Origin: Owenia fusiformis
Taxonomy: Eukaryota
Assembly: GCA_903813345.2 (NCBI GenBank)
Contig: CAIIXF020000001.1
Coordinates: 3,100,001-3,164,000, forward strand
Length of the DNA stretch: 64,000 bases
Direction: 5' to 3'
Shown here: positions 1-14,000 of the stretch, piece by piece
Layout of the letters: the number at the start of each line of letters is the position of its first letter
Numbering within the stretch: position 1 is the stretch's first letter
The notes under the pieces: model-generated
The model's database searches: none
What the model saw: only the letters and a program-made list of their open reading frames with translations
What the model was told of the DNA's origin: nothing
Program-made: the position numbers and the translations under genes

Positions 1-81
1 TAAACCTGGAATAATTTTTATACAACCCGGATATAACCCGTATTTTTTTTTAAAAATCAGCCCGGAATTTCAAATTCTTAA

Positions 82-225
82 AGTTGTACTAAAACCATTT
101 TAGTCGATTTGGAGATATTTATGCTATCATACCGTATAAAAGCCACAGGTCAAAATAACAAAAGGGGTGCTATTTGTGCTAAAAACAAGATAATATGGGA
201 TTCTTTAATTGGTTTTGGTACAACT
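82..225. mobile_element. 144-bp MITE with TTAA target duplication (Kolobok/piggyBac-type)
   Basis: TIR AGTTGTACTAAAACC/GGTTTTGGTACAACT, TTAA on both sides; the homologous empty site near 7035 has a single TTAA. Confidence 0.8.
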
Positions 226-321
226 TTAAGTTGAGAAGTTTGAAATTTTGAAAAATATAAAAAATTACAAATTATAGTATCGATTTACGGTTACAAGTCT
301 ATATCGGGAATCTGTTGTCGC

Positions 322-1086
322 TAAAGGAGTGGTATCGATATGGAGAACTGAATTCAACAATGTTTTTCTCTTAAACCAATCCTTGAAAACATTCTGTAAA
401 ACACGGTATTTTATGTAATGTTGACTGATTGACAACAATTTAATGCGAAAACTATTTAGAAATATTTTATATAACTGTTTTTGTTAACATTTTTTGTTTT
501 TTTAATGCAATTGTTTTTGCTCCTTTCTACCAATTCTTGAGAATGAAATAAAATGTCTCCGAACCTCGTTGGAACAAAACATGTTTTTAGACCATGTAAT
601 AACATGTTTTAAACATGTAACAACATGTTTATAGACCTCTCAATATTATAGTTATACAAACGAATTTTTGGTTGATTTTAAAATTTTTAAAAAGTATTCA
701 AAAAATTAAAACAGAATCCCCCCATTATAGATAAAAATCAAGATAAACCTTTTATTTCATTAACAAGATACTTATTTAAAATCAACCAAAATTTCCTTTG
801 TACAATCACAATATTGAGAGGCCTAAACATGTTGTGTTTATGTCGTTTTGTTCCAATGAGGTTCGGAAAGATGTTTCATTTCACTCTGGAAACATGATAC
901 CAAGAACAAAACAAGTGTTTGGTGAGTTTTCTAAAACAATATAGATGAAAGTATATATATATATTTCAAATTATATTGTAACCATTCAAAAGAGGATCAT
1001 TAAATTGAGGATGTGTTTTTTTAGATTTTTTTGACTGGTTTAAGAGAAACGTATGTTTAAAAAGTTCTCCACATTAGGTACACTTT
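322..1086. mobile_element. Old, almost fully palindromic MITE
   Basis: Nested inverted matches (342-381/1033-1072; 540-585/845-886; 633-680/777-823). Confidence 0.6.
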
Positions 1087-1653
1087 ACAAAACATTGCAT
1101 TTTAAATTGAAGTTCCTAACAAGCATGTCACTTCATTAAATGCTCAAAATATTCTCCTTTATACTGGATGCATAGTTTCTGGAGCTTCACCCATTCTTCG
1201 TATTGAGCCCTAAAGCCACAAGGGAATTAAGTGTTAAATTATGGGACTTTGAAAACTTAATCACATAATCATCATTTGAGATTTAGAAACGTTTAAAACA
1301 ATGTAATATTGCTGCAACGAATTTTGAGACAAATTAATAGCTTGTTATAATTTCATAATGTAGGCCTTTACTAAAAAATAAGTACTGCATTGATCCTCGA
1401 GAACTTTTTGCTTTTTAATTCCCTTTGATTTCAGATTAACCTAAACATTTCTGAGTAAGTCCCTGGTAGATCATAATGCAGTGTCTGCAAAGTGACCTTC
1501 TTAAAGTTTATAAATTATGCTGTTTGACAAAGTGATCAATATATGCCAGAGCTAATGGCATAATCAAGAGCCAGGTGCTTATTTTGCTGACCTTACTTAC
1601 CAGTGCGTCGCATAAAATAAATACAGAGATCATTATATCAGACAAAAGACAAA

Positions 1654-1659
1654 TTTATT
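1654..1659 (-). promoter_or_regulatory. Candidate polyadenylation signal for terminal exon B
   Basis: AATAAA on minus strand ~170 nt after the stop codon; a weak signal in AT-rich DNA. Confidence 0.4.
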
Positions 1660-1831
1660 CCGATGAATTATATCAATAACAATTTCATAATGAAAGAAAC
1701 GTCTGAAATGAATTAAATCAATGTTTAATTCACCTAGATGTACAAGTAAATACAGTAGAAGTGTTATCCCAGACATGTGTGTAATTGGTGGTCGGCCCTA
1801 TATATTTGGTCAGTCGATCCTATAGGTCCTA

Positions 1832-2007
1832 CTAACATGGTACTGGTACCATAATTGCGGGTAAACATCTCTGTTCCTCAGCACTAAACAGCAATCCCCG
1901 CTGACACTCCTTGTGTGTGATCCTGTTGTTAAAACACTCAATATATTTTCTACAAGTTGGGTCTGTTGTGTCTGCGATCAAAATCTTTGAATTGGAACAT
2001 GAGATAC
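1832..2007 (-). CDS. Terminal exon copy B: chitin-binding type-2 (peritrophin-A/CBM14) domain
   Basis: TTTTCAG acceptor, phase 1; [57 protein letters not shown] then TAG TAG; Cys spacing CX14CX5CX9CX12CX9C. Confidence 0.85.
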
Positions 2008-5000
2008 CTGAAAATATATGTAAAAGCAGTCATTATCAGAGACATGTAGACATGCAGAGTGACATGAATATAACTCACATTGTGAGGCCATATATTATCA
2101 GCGTTGTACTTAAAATACGTTAACCTGGTAGACGACAGGCGTTGGTTGCATTCGCGAATACAAGCTTATATTTGGACTCTTTCAAATTCGGATCCATATT
2201 TGGGTTTCATATAAAATCCTAGATACCCGTTCAATTCTTCAACCCTAATGTCTGTGGAGGGGTCAATCCGACCCCCCTCGCTCTCGAATTTTTCAGTGCA
2301 ACCTTGTCCTCCTTCATTTTTTAGCTTGAGCCACTACTACAAGACACTTTTTGCGTAAAAACCAAGGTGATTGGGGTAGAGAGGTAAAGTTATGATAGTT
2401 GGAACTTGAAGCAGGTTTTAAACATATAATGATAAAATTGAAATTCATAAAATATTGATTGTTACTTTGTTTCTTATTCTCTTGAAAATACCAGAAAGAA
2501 GATTATTGCTTTGTTTGATAGGCTTAGAAAATAATTTAGCATATTGCATTTTCTTTCCAGTATGCTTTATTTCATGAAAATCAAGCCGAAACAACTGGTC
2601 GTGAAACGCGTTCTCTTCACGAATTTGCGAGAAAAACGGATTTTTGAAATACTACTCCATGAATACCTTTGAATTGCTTTGGCATATTACTAAAGGTTTA
2701 TGCACACTACGGTATCAGAATTATGATGATACCTTTTCCCAACCTTTAGATATAATTTTTTATCCCCCGTACCCCCAATTTTTCAATTTCGCTATTTCAA
2801 TGTTTGTGCCGTTGCCAGGTGGTTGCTAGGCAACATTATGGACGGAAATTATATTGAAACAATACCAATCCATACATTCATACATCTGCATACTAAACCA
2901 CTGATTGGCATTTGTTGTAAATCTTGAAATATACAGGGTGGTCCAAAAAAATTGGAACATTTGATAATTGAACTCAAAATCGTTATTTTTTCTCTACAAT
3001 GCACCAGAATTTTACTGAGTATTTGTTCAATCACTTATTTATCTGATGTAAAGTTTATAGGTGCAAACAACAAAGTTAATCCATTAAACTAGAAAATGTT
3101 TGATATGACCCCTTTTCTCCCGAATTACAAGTTGAAGTCTGGGACTCAGTTTTGAAATGATCCATTCACTTTGCTGTTCGTTTGATTTTGTCCAAGCCAT
3201 CTTGATTAAAATTCAGCTTAAACAAACGGACCGAACAAACTACTTATATGTTAGCCTTGGAAGATCAAATATATGAACATATTCAACATTTCTTTACCCA
3301 AATTGATGGGTATCAAGCATATTTTGATGGCTATTGTTAGATATATTACTGATTGAATATTCTCCAGGGCAGTCTGTTTTGACTGGTAAATGAACCCCCT
3401 CTCCTTTCTTGTTCTAATATGAAATTCAATAATATTCATTGAATATATCAATATATGTATATCAATATCATAAAGCAGTTTCCCAGAACACAAATGATAT
3501 ATTATATTATGTGTGCTTAGAGGTGGTCTTTAATAAAGCCTTGTAAATAACTAGTCAGTTTCCCCTCTACTGAAAATTGGGAACAATGATTTTGTCAGTT
3601 TAGTAGCTGTATGGGTTATGCAACCACTCACCTCTGACACGTTCGTTCTTTCCTACTCTTAAATAAAAATAATGATTTGGGGTATTCTTAAGTTGACAAT
3701 AGTTTTCCAATAAACCATAGATGTTAATACCTCATGTCAACCAAATATGATTTTATAAAATGTGTATAACAATCAACATGTTCATGAAAGTTTTGAAATA
3801 AAGAATACTTGAAAAAGTAGCTGCGAAATTGACAAGTGTATATTTAAGAATAGGGGGTCATATCAAACATTGACTAGTTTAATGCATTAACTTTGTGGAT
3901 TGCACCTATAAACTTTACATCAGAGAGATAAGTGACTGAACTATGCTCAGTGAAATTTTGATGCATTTTAGAAGAAAAATAAAGGTTTTGTGTTCAATTA
4001 ACAAATGTTCCAATTTTTGGACCACCCTGTATATATGCTAAAGACAATATGGTTAAAGAAAGCTTTGTCTCCATCTGATCTGATCTTCGTTGAATTTTTA
4101 AAAAGTCTCGACCTGGAAATGAATTTCAACGCCATCAAAAGTAAAGCCATTGAATTCGCGAATCTCAAAAATGTGAATTCAAAGTTCAACTAATCGTCAC
4201 GGACGGAGAGACGCCTAGAAGATTACACATGCTCACTGCTGCGTGAGCCAATACTAGCTTTTAACGAGTAGGAAACAAACCATTCATATCTCCCTTGAAG
4301 TTTTACAAACTTTCAAATGTATACTAAGTTTATTAGATTCCTCCGTTAAGACAACGAACTTCATCGGATGGAACTTCAAAAAATCGGTTAAGACCAGGTT
4401 CCGTTTAGGTAATAATAGTGAGGTATCATATCAATGATTCTGTTTGACCTATTTGTTCGCAAATTTAAAGGTCCTACTAACATGGTACCATGATTGCAAG
4501 TAAACATCTCTTATCCTCAGCACTATACCGCAATCCCCACTGACACTCCCTATGTGTGATCTTATTGTTAAAACACTCAATATATTTTCTACAAGTTGGG
4601 TCTGTTGTGTCTGCGATTGAAACCTTTGATTCGGAGCATTGGATACCTGAAAATATATGTTAAAGCAGTCATTATCAGAGACATGTAGACATGCAGAGTG
4701 ACATGAATATAACTCACATTGTGAGCCGAAAAAACTGGTCGTGAAACGCGTTTTCTTCACGAATTTGCGAGAAAAACGAATTTTTGAAATACTACTCCAT
4801 GAATACCTTTGAATTGTTTTGGCATATTCCTAAAGGTTTATGCACACTACGGTATCAGAATTATGATGATACCTTTTTCCAAACTTTAGATATAATTTTT
4901 TATCCCCCGTACCCCCAATTTTTCAATTTCGCTATTTCAATGTTTGTGCCGTTGCCAGGTGGTTGCTAGGCAACATTATGGACGGAAATTATATTGAAAC

Positions 5001-8000
5001 AATACCAATCCATACATTCATACATCTGCATACTAAATCACTGATTGGCATTTGTTGTAAATCTTGAAATATACAGGGTGGTCCAAAAAAAATTGGAACG
5101 TTTGATAATTGAACTCAAAAAATTTTCTCTACAATGCACAAGAATTTTACTGAGTATTTGTTCAATCACTTATTTATCTGATGTAAAGTTTATAGGTGCA
5201 AACAACAAAGTTAATCCATTAAACTAGAAAATGTTTGATATGACCCCTTTTCTCCTGAATCACAAGTTGAAGCCTGGGACTCAGTTTTGAAATGATTCAT
5301 TCACTTTGCTGTTCGTTTGATTTTGTCCAAGCAATCTTGATTAAAAATTCAGCTTGAACAAACGGACCGCACAAACTACTTATATGTTTGCCTTGGAAGA
5401 TCAAATATATAAACATATTCAACATTTCTTTACCCAAATTAATGGGTATCAAGCATATTTTGATGGCTATTGTTGGATATATTACTGATTGAATATTCTC
5501 CAGAAAGAGGTCAGGGCAGTCTGTTTTGACTGGTAAATGAACCCCCTCCCCTTTCTTGTTCTAATATGAAATTCAATAATATTCATTGAATATATCAATA
5601 TATGTGTATCAATATCATAAAGGAGTTTCCCAGAACACAAATGATATATTATATTATGTGTGCTTAGAGGTGGTCTTTAATAAAGCCTTGTAAATAACTA
5701 GTCAGTTTCCCCTCTACTGAAAATTGGAAACAATGATTTTGTCAGTTTAGTAGCTGTATGGGTTATGCAACCACGCACCTCTGACATGTTCGTTCTTTCC
5801 TACTCTTAAATAAAAATAATGATTTGGGGTATTATTAAGTTGACAATAGTTTTCCAATAAACCATAGATGTTAATACCTCATGTCAACCAAATATGATTT
5901 TATAAAATGTGTATAGCAATCAACATGTTCATGAAAGTTTTGAAATAAAGAATACTTGAAAAAGTAGCTGCGAAATTGACAAGTGTATATTTAAGAATAG
6001 GGGGTCATATCAAACATTGACTAGTTTAATGCATTAACTTTGTGGATTGCACCTATAAACTTTACATCAGAGAGATAAGTGACTGAACTATGCTCAGTGA
6101 AATTTTGATGCATTTTAGAGGAAAAATAAAGGTTTTGTGTTCAATTAACAAATGTTCCAATTTTTTGGACCACCCTGTATATATGCTAAAGACAATATGG
6201 TTAAAGAAAGCTTTATCTCCATCTGATCTGATCTTCGTTGAATTTTTAAAAAGTCTCAGACCTGGAAATGAATTTCAAGGCCACAAAAAGTAAAGCCATT
6301 GAATTCGCGAATCTCAAAAATGTGAATTCAAAGTTCAACTAATCGTCACGGACGGAGAGACGCCTAGAATATTACACATGCTCACTGCTGCGTGAGCCAA
6401 TACTAGCTTTTAACGATTAGGAAACAAACCATTCATATCTCCCTTGAAGTTTTACAAACTTTCAAATGTATATTAAGTTTATTAGATTCCTCCGTTAAGA
6501 CAACGAACTTCATCGGATGGAACTTCAAAAAATCGGTTAAGACCAGGTTCCGTTTAGGTAATAATAGTGAGGTATCATATCAATGATTCTGTTTGAACTA
6601 TTTGTTCGCAAATTTAAAACTGCTATTCCTATTAAGTCATATCCACATTCATTTTATGTATAACCAAAGTGCCTAATTAACATGCAATCACCATTACCTA
6701 ATTTCGCCCGTTCCGGGAAATTGCCGATTTTGACGTAAAAATACAATTCACATTATGACTACAGGGTCTTGGATCATTTATTTTTATATTTAATGTCTTT
6801 GTATTAAACTTTTGTACTCTAAAAAATAAAAAAATGAGGATTTGAAAAACCGACGATGCTACATGTATCGTTTATTCATCAAAATACCAATCAGGAAAAA
6901 ACGGATTTTTCTAGTCAAACTCAACCCAAAAACGGAAATATTAATGAAAATTGAACGTGGATTAAACCAAAAATATTTTTATACAACCCGGAGAACCCGG
7001 ATTTTTTTAAATCAGCCCGGAATTTCAAAAATTCTTAAGTTGAGAAGTATGAAATTTTGAAAAATATATAAATTACTTATTATAGTATCGATTTACGGTA
7101 ACAAGTTTATATCGGGAATCTGTTGTCGCGAAATTTGCAACAATCCTAGCTATCTATCAATAGACTTCTTTACGTAAATGAACATACTTAAACATTTATC
7201 ATAGTGTTGCACGATCCTTTGATGAAAAAAACTAATTTACTTTTAAAATTTTCACAAATGGCTTCCTCTCCAGTCCATTTTCCTTCTTTTGTACAAATCC
7301 TTACTGCGTCTCCTTTGAGGACATATCCAGGGTTACACCTATATTTCATGTTCATACCAATATAGCCTCCAAAGCCAGTCACTATTCCATTGCTGGGGTT
7401 CTTCAGGGTCGGACACTTCTTAGATTCTGAAAATGACAATTGTGAAGATTTTGCTTTTGCATGAATTTGAAGTATGATGACACTACAGGGTGTTCCAAAA
7501 GTAACAGGACTGGTGCTGGCATTTTGTCGAATATGCACCAATCGTCTTCAAAATTTTACATAATGTACTTCCATGTATTGTAACTAAGACTGCCAAGTTT
7601 TGACAAAAATTATGAAACTGGGGTAGAGTTATGGTTGCTATGGCAACATGACATCACAATACCCGGGGCAACATTCCACACAGAAAGTTACAGAGACTTT
7701 AAGCATTTTGTACATCCCATAGCAAAGTTAGAATCCAACAACTGGTGGGAATTACATTTGCTAAATACATTATTTGATATTCCTCTTTGGTCAGTCCAAG
7801 AGTAGCACTCAGTATCCATGACTCAAACACATGAGTGAACCCATTTGATGACATGTCACGCAGGGTCGATAGGACAACTTGGAGAAGGTCATTCTCATCT
7901 TTAAAGGTCTTACCGCGCTGATTAGCATTCCATTACCCATATAAAAGTAAAAATTAGATATTGCATGATCAGAAGAGTATGATGCATGGTCTTAGATCTC

Positions 8001-11000
8001 AAGATCTAGCTCCGCTATAGCTGCAGTGGTCTTTAATGCTGACTTGCGGGCAGACGCCTTATCAAGGTGGATGACTGGCTTCAAATTGGGTCTTTTCAAA
8101 AACTCAACAATGAATTGTGCAGACTGTTATACATAATAATATTTTAGGAAATTGAATAAATATTATTATTTTGAAATCATGCTTGAATCTGAGTTGTATA
8201 GCAACCCCATAACTATAAAGCAACTAATAAAACAAACAAGAACTTTTGTATTGTAATAGGCGAATTAGATACTTTCTTCAGTCATATAAAAATGTTAGAT
8301 ATTACATTTTCATGAAAAAGTTGCCCCGGGTATTGTGATGTCACGTTACTATAGTAACCATAACTTTACCCGCATTTTATCATTTTTTCTGAAACTTTGC
8401 AATTTTAGTTGCACTACTTCAAAGTACAATTTGTGAGAATTTGAACATACTTGGTGCAGAATTGACAAAATGCCAGCACCAGTCCTGTTACTTTTGGAAC
8501 ACCATGTATATGAAGTATACAGTATGAAGTATGACGATACAAATGAAAAGTTGAAAGTTGGACATTATAACTAATTTTCATTGAATCCTGGTGATCAGAC
8601 CAATAATCAGTCATCTGGAAAAAAAGTAATTCGAATTACATCAAGTGACATTCAAACGGTAACATTTTAAGCCACATTCGGGCAGTGGGTGAAGAGTAAA
8701 TACAATTGTATAAGGTATTTTCATGAATCCTCTGAGCTTGGAATTTTATTATCTTAAAAAAGAATAAAATCAGTTTATGCTGTGGCTTAAGACTCACGGT
8801 AATCTGATTGTTTGCTACATTTAGGAGGAACGCCTGAGTAATCGCCACCTAATTTGCACCACCTAGATCTTGAGCCTTCAAGGGTCTCCCCCTCCTTGCA
8901 ATTATAGCGTACTACAGAATTCAAGTATCCATTGGATACTACCTCCTCAATAACTCCAGATGGAGTCCTGGGTGGAACACACACTGAAAATAATTATGTT
9001 CCATCATATACTAAGGGTAAATCCTGTCGAGGCTGTAGAATCTGGGAAGGTAAAATGCTGAAAATTATTTACAATACACCAGAAAACATTTGGTCATTTT
9101 GGAGTTATTACACCAAAAGTAGAGACTTTTATTAATTTCGTCAAAATGTCGCATTTGTTACAAAATGGAAAATTTTGATTACAGACCAATCAAAATAAAA
9201 TGTTTCCCTATATTTAACAAATAAATTATAATCAAAACCAATGAAATTCTATGTTAGGCTTTTTAGGAATGTGCATGCAAAATGTGGTGACTTAACTCTT
9301 AAAAGTGAAGAAATGAGAGTAAATTTACAGACTTGGGACTTGTGTTGTCTCGGCTACTAACTAAGTTCATTAAATGGTAAAATCCATTCCTTTCATGAAC
9401 AGGACGGGTGTAAGATAAATTCAGTTCAGTTAAGCCAGATTACAAGAATTCTGAGCAATTTTTGGGGAATACGAAGGTCAGTGAAAGTCCTCCATCATAT
9501 CCATCCATCATGAAACCTAGATCAGTATGTAACTAGTTGACTGAGAAATCATAACCATTATTAAAGGTGGTGCAAAGTAAGCATTCAAAGTTGTACTGAC
9601 ACAGTGAATGTTCAAAACATTATTAATGTTCAAGTTCAAATTTGTTCTATTTTCTTCATAATTGTGCACATTTTTCCATATGGTCCTTTTTGCTGCAACC
9701 CTCTCCCGGGAAATTGGATCCCAAAAGCCTCTTGAACAGCAATGAAACTTATAGTTTTTTGATACCATTTATCCAGTTTTTTCAGTCAGTCTTTGTCAGT
9801 TGAACCATGTTTTGCCTTATGTGTACATCTACAGGGTGTCAAATAAGTCCCGTCCCCCCTCTACAGGCAACACCAAGATATTTGGTACCAAGTGTGATAT
9901 ATCATTGGAAAGGTCTTCCAAAGTTATACGTTGATTGGCATATATCTGACACATGTCAATCAATCTCACAAATTTTTACATTGTATCAATTGAGGTGACC
10001 ACAGGCCTAGAAACATGGCAATTTTGGCGTATTTGGCAGGATTTTAAGAATCGGGTATAAGAAAGGTCAAAGGACCAAAATATGACTTAATATGTATATG
10101 GCAATGAATTGAACCAATTGCTGGATAGGGTTAGATGTGCAGAAAATAGAGATGCAAGGAAAGTGGTGAAAACCTTTTTATGTAACAAGTGGAATGCGAA
10201 AAAGATTAACTTTTTGACGTTTTTCACTGACACAGTGAATGTTCAAAACATTATTAATGTTCAAGTTCAAATTTGTTCCATTTTCTTCATAATTGTGCAC
10301 ATTTTTCCATATGGTCCTTTTTGCTGCAACCCTCTCCCAGGAAATTGGATCCCAAAAGCCTCTTGAACAGCAATGAAACTTATAGTTTTTTGATACCATT
10401 TAACCAGTTTTTTCAGTCAGTCTTTGTCAGTTGAACCATGTTTTGCCTTATGTGTACATCTACAGTGTGTCAAATAAGTCCCGTCCCCCTCTACAGGCAA
10501 CACCAAGATATTTGGTACCAAGTGTGATATATCACTGGAAAGGTCTTCCAAAGTTACGTTGATTGGCATATATGTGACACATGTCAATCAATCTCACAAA
10601 TTTTTACATTGTATCAATTGAGGTGACCACAGGCCTAGAAACATGGCAATTTGGCGTATTTGGCAGGATTTTAAGAATCGGGTATAAGAAAGGTCAAAGG
10701 ACCAAAATATGACTTAATTTGTATATGGCAATGAATTGAACCAATTGCTGGATAGGGTTAGATGTGCAGAAAATAGAGATGCAAGGAAAGTGGTGAAAAC
10801 CTTTTTATGTAACAAGTGGAATGCGAAAAAGATTAACTTTTTGACGTTTTTCAGAGGTCATATCCTTGTCATTTTGACGCAAAAAGCTGATTAAATGAGG
10901 GCATGTTAACAATAAAGGACATCATGAAAATATAGGTAAATTTCATCCAAAATACTTGAAAGTTGGTGTGTTGACATAACTTTGGATGATCTTTCCAATG

Positions 11001-14000
11001 GTATATCACACAAGATACCATATATTAAGGTTTTAGCTATAGAAGGGGGACGGGACTTATTTGACACCCTGTATATATGTTAATATGTCTGTAACAACAT
11101 AGTTCCCATGTCATCTAAGTCTGATATGGTTGAAATAATATAGCATAACGTCAACTTTAAAATAGATTAATTCAATGAAAACTAAAAATATCGAAATCGA
11201 CAAATACCGTTCACCATCTTAGATGCGAAGGTCACAGTCGTTACTTTCGCTTGATACTTACCAGTGGCTTATAAGTCATCATGTATGAACAAAATCACTC
11301 TATTACATTTCGTGTTATAGTAAAAAACATAAATGACATCCGACATTGACAGTGTGCCATGATTATAAGTCATCATATACTAAATATGAACAAAATCGCT
11401 TCACTGCTTTTCAAATAATAGCAAATGTAGTTAAATAGCATGTAAGGCCGGCCGTTTTCCAAGATGACTGCCATGTGTTTCTTAAATATCTACATTTCGA
11501 CCTTCATTAATGTCTTATCAAACTTTTTTACCTCAAAAACATAAACAATATTACAGTTTCACATACATTTCGTAGTATCGTAGAAAACATAAATGACACG
11601 TGTAAAATGTCAGCCATTTTCAAAATGGCCGCTTAAAAGCCAAAGTGTCAAAGACAATGCCCAATGCTTATAGGTCACCACATATTAAATAAGAATAAGA
11701 GTAACAAAATTTCTCCACTACTTTTGAAGTTATAGCAAAAAATATTAGTTTTAGACTTGTAAAAATCTGCACTAAAATAACCGTCATTTTAATAAGAGCG
11801 GCCATTTTAAAATCGACTTTTGAGCATAACTTCTACTGGGCACATATGAATAAAATATGAACTGGTCAGCGGTATTTGAGTTAGCGCCCGGACAGACGGA
11901 TGTACGGATGGACCGAGGCGTTCTCTAAATCCCTCAAAACTTCGTTTGATTGAATAATTATGCATTAGTATAGAGGGATTTTTCGAAAATAAAATTGACA
12001 AGGATATCAATTGAGCCCATTATATTATCGAGCCCATTTTATTAAATCGGGACGTTTTCTTGCGAAAGTTACTCTCTAGATCTCATATCATCCACTGGCT
12101 CTATCTTTAACATAACCTACGAGTATACTCTAAATATAGAAGTAGATTTCATTTTAACATAGGCATTCAGTTTTTTATTATATATGTTGGATTACCTTCC
12201 TGGCAGAGATCTCCTTTAATACCACTAGGACAAGAGCATTTGAAGCCTGGCTTAGTATTGACACATTTACCATCGTTCCAACAAGGGTTGGTTGGCTTAC
12301 ACTCATCAATATCTGGAATATAGTGTAGGCTATGATTTATCAGTTTCTGTCACCATTTTGTATATGTTAATAACAAAAAAATATTTGTCTATACAGTATT
12401 TGTAGCAGTTTATGTCAATAGTTGTTGCCATATCAATATCTGTAGTACTATGTGTCAATATGTACACCACTATATGTCAATATATGTTGCATAATGTGTC
12501 AGTTTCTGTTACCATACATATATGATATATGTCATTATCCATGATTGAAAGGATTTAGATCAAATGATGATATATTTGATATCTGGATCAATGTATCATA
12601 TTTTAGCCAAAATCCCCAAACTATAAAATATTACTTCTTAAAAAACAGAGGATATTCCTATAATATCTGTAGTACTGTATGTCAATATTTATTCCATGAT
12701 GGTAAAATTCCCTGCAATCTGATTGGTCCACGTGACTTAAATATATCCTGTATTTACACGCAAATTCCACTGAGCGTTGGATACAGAGTGAAAATTTTGC
12801 AGCGTTGGGATACGGTCCAGTATCCCAACGCCCCAGATTTCCATCAAGGATATGACTATTACTGAAAAAATCAACGCATGCTAATATTTGCATTTTGCTA
12901 CAAATATCTGATTTGAATATCAGGAAATGATACGGTGATCATCACACTTTATAATTTTAGGATAAAACACGCATCGGTGAATATAACAAAAAATCAATAT
13001 GAAGCATGAACATTGTTTTCATGAACAAGTAAAAATCCAATATGGCAACGAAAGTCGAAAAAACGTTTCGCTACACTGCACTTCCAGTTGATGAAATTGA
13101 AGAAAAAATAAATGAAATCAAACTTATAATACAATAAAAGCAACCAAGGCCGAAAGGATTTGAAGGAATTTCGATGTAAAATATCTTTGAGGTGAGAAGG
13201 TTGATCTGTTTCTCCGGTCCCAAGCCAAGGAAATGGACTTGATTAAGGGGAGTTTTATCTGAGTAATCATGGAATAAAAACGTTATTCAATGATTTCTCG
13301 TAAAATACAAAAAATATTCTTCCCTTGAAGGTCTGTATTTCACTCTGCTAGCGCATCGTGAAATACGACCTTCTCGGGAAGAATGTTTTCTGTATTTTAC
13401 TCGAATCATTGAATAACTTATATTATTATATCATTGCTAGAATTTGTGTCCTTTGATTGGCTGATTCAGTACCATGTGATCAAAAATACCAAAGCGTATT
13501 TCACACCTCCCTTAATTTTGGAATAATAAAAGACGTATTGCCCGGCGTATTGCCCGCCCGGGAATTCTGAATCGTCCCGTTTCGTCCAGTACAGTTGTGA
13601 CGTGCATCAAAATGGCAGACAGAAAAAGATTTAAAAGTCTGAATTCCGATGAAAAGAACGACATCTTGAGGGATGTGCATTCTAAAAACACCATTAAATC
13701 AACGGAATGACATCTAATGTCTTAGAACATTTTCAAGTGTTATGTGGACGAAATAGACGTTAAATCTATCGATAAAATCGTTCTGGATGGAATTTTAGAG
13801 TTTTTTTTGGAACTGCGAACGAAGGATGGGGAATATTACAAGAGTGCCAGTCTGCAAAGTAAGCGAATGTCTAGCAATGATATAATAAAACAAATATTTC
13901 ATTCTATGTTCGGGCAATACCTGTTGCACTTTCAATGATTTTTGCAGCATGTATTTCCCTCGCACTTCGGGCTGCGGGCAATACATGCTGCAAAAATCAT

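Larger units (their letters stand above)
1824..6619. repeat. Tandem segmental duplication containing the terminal exon (unit 1 ~1824-4468, unit 2 ~4469-6619 lacking ~500 bp)
   Basis: 1824-2087 matches 4469-4726; 2584-4468 matches 4724-6619 almost base for base. Confidence 0.95.

Noticed and set aside
4449-4760. 103-aa ORF from the ORF track
   Set aside because: Wrong frame across the CBM14 exon; the spliced phase-1 frame gives the six-Cys domain.
12340-12690. Degenerate TATGTCAATA-type repeats
   Set aside because: Low-complexity intron sequence with no clear period or structure.
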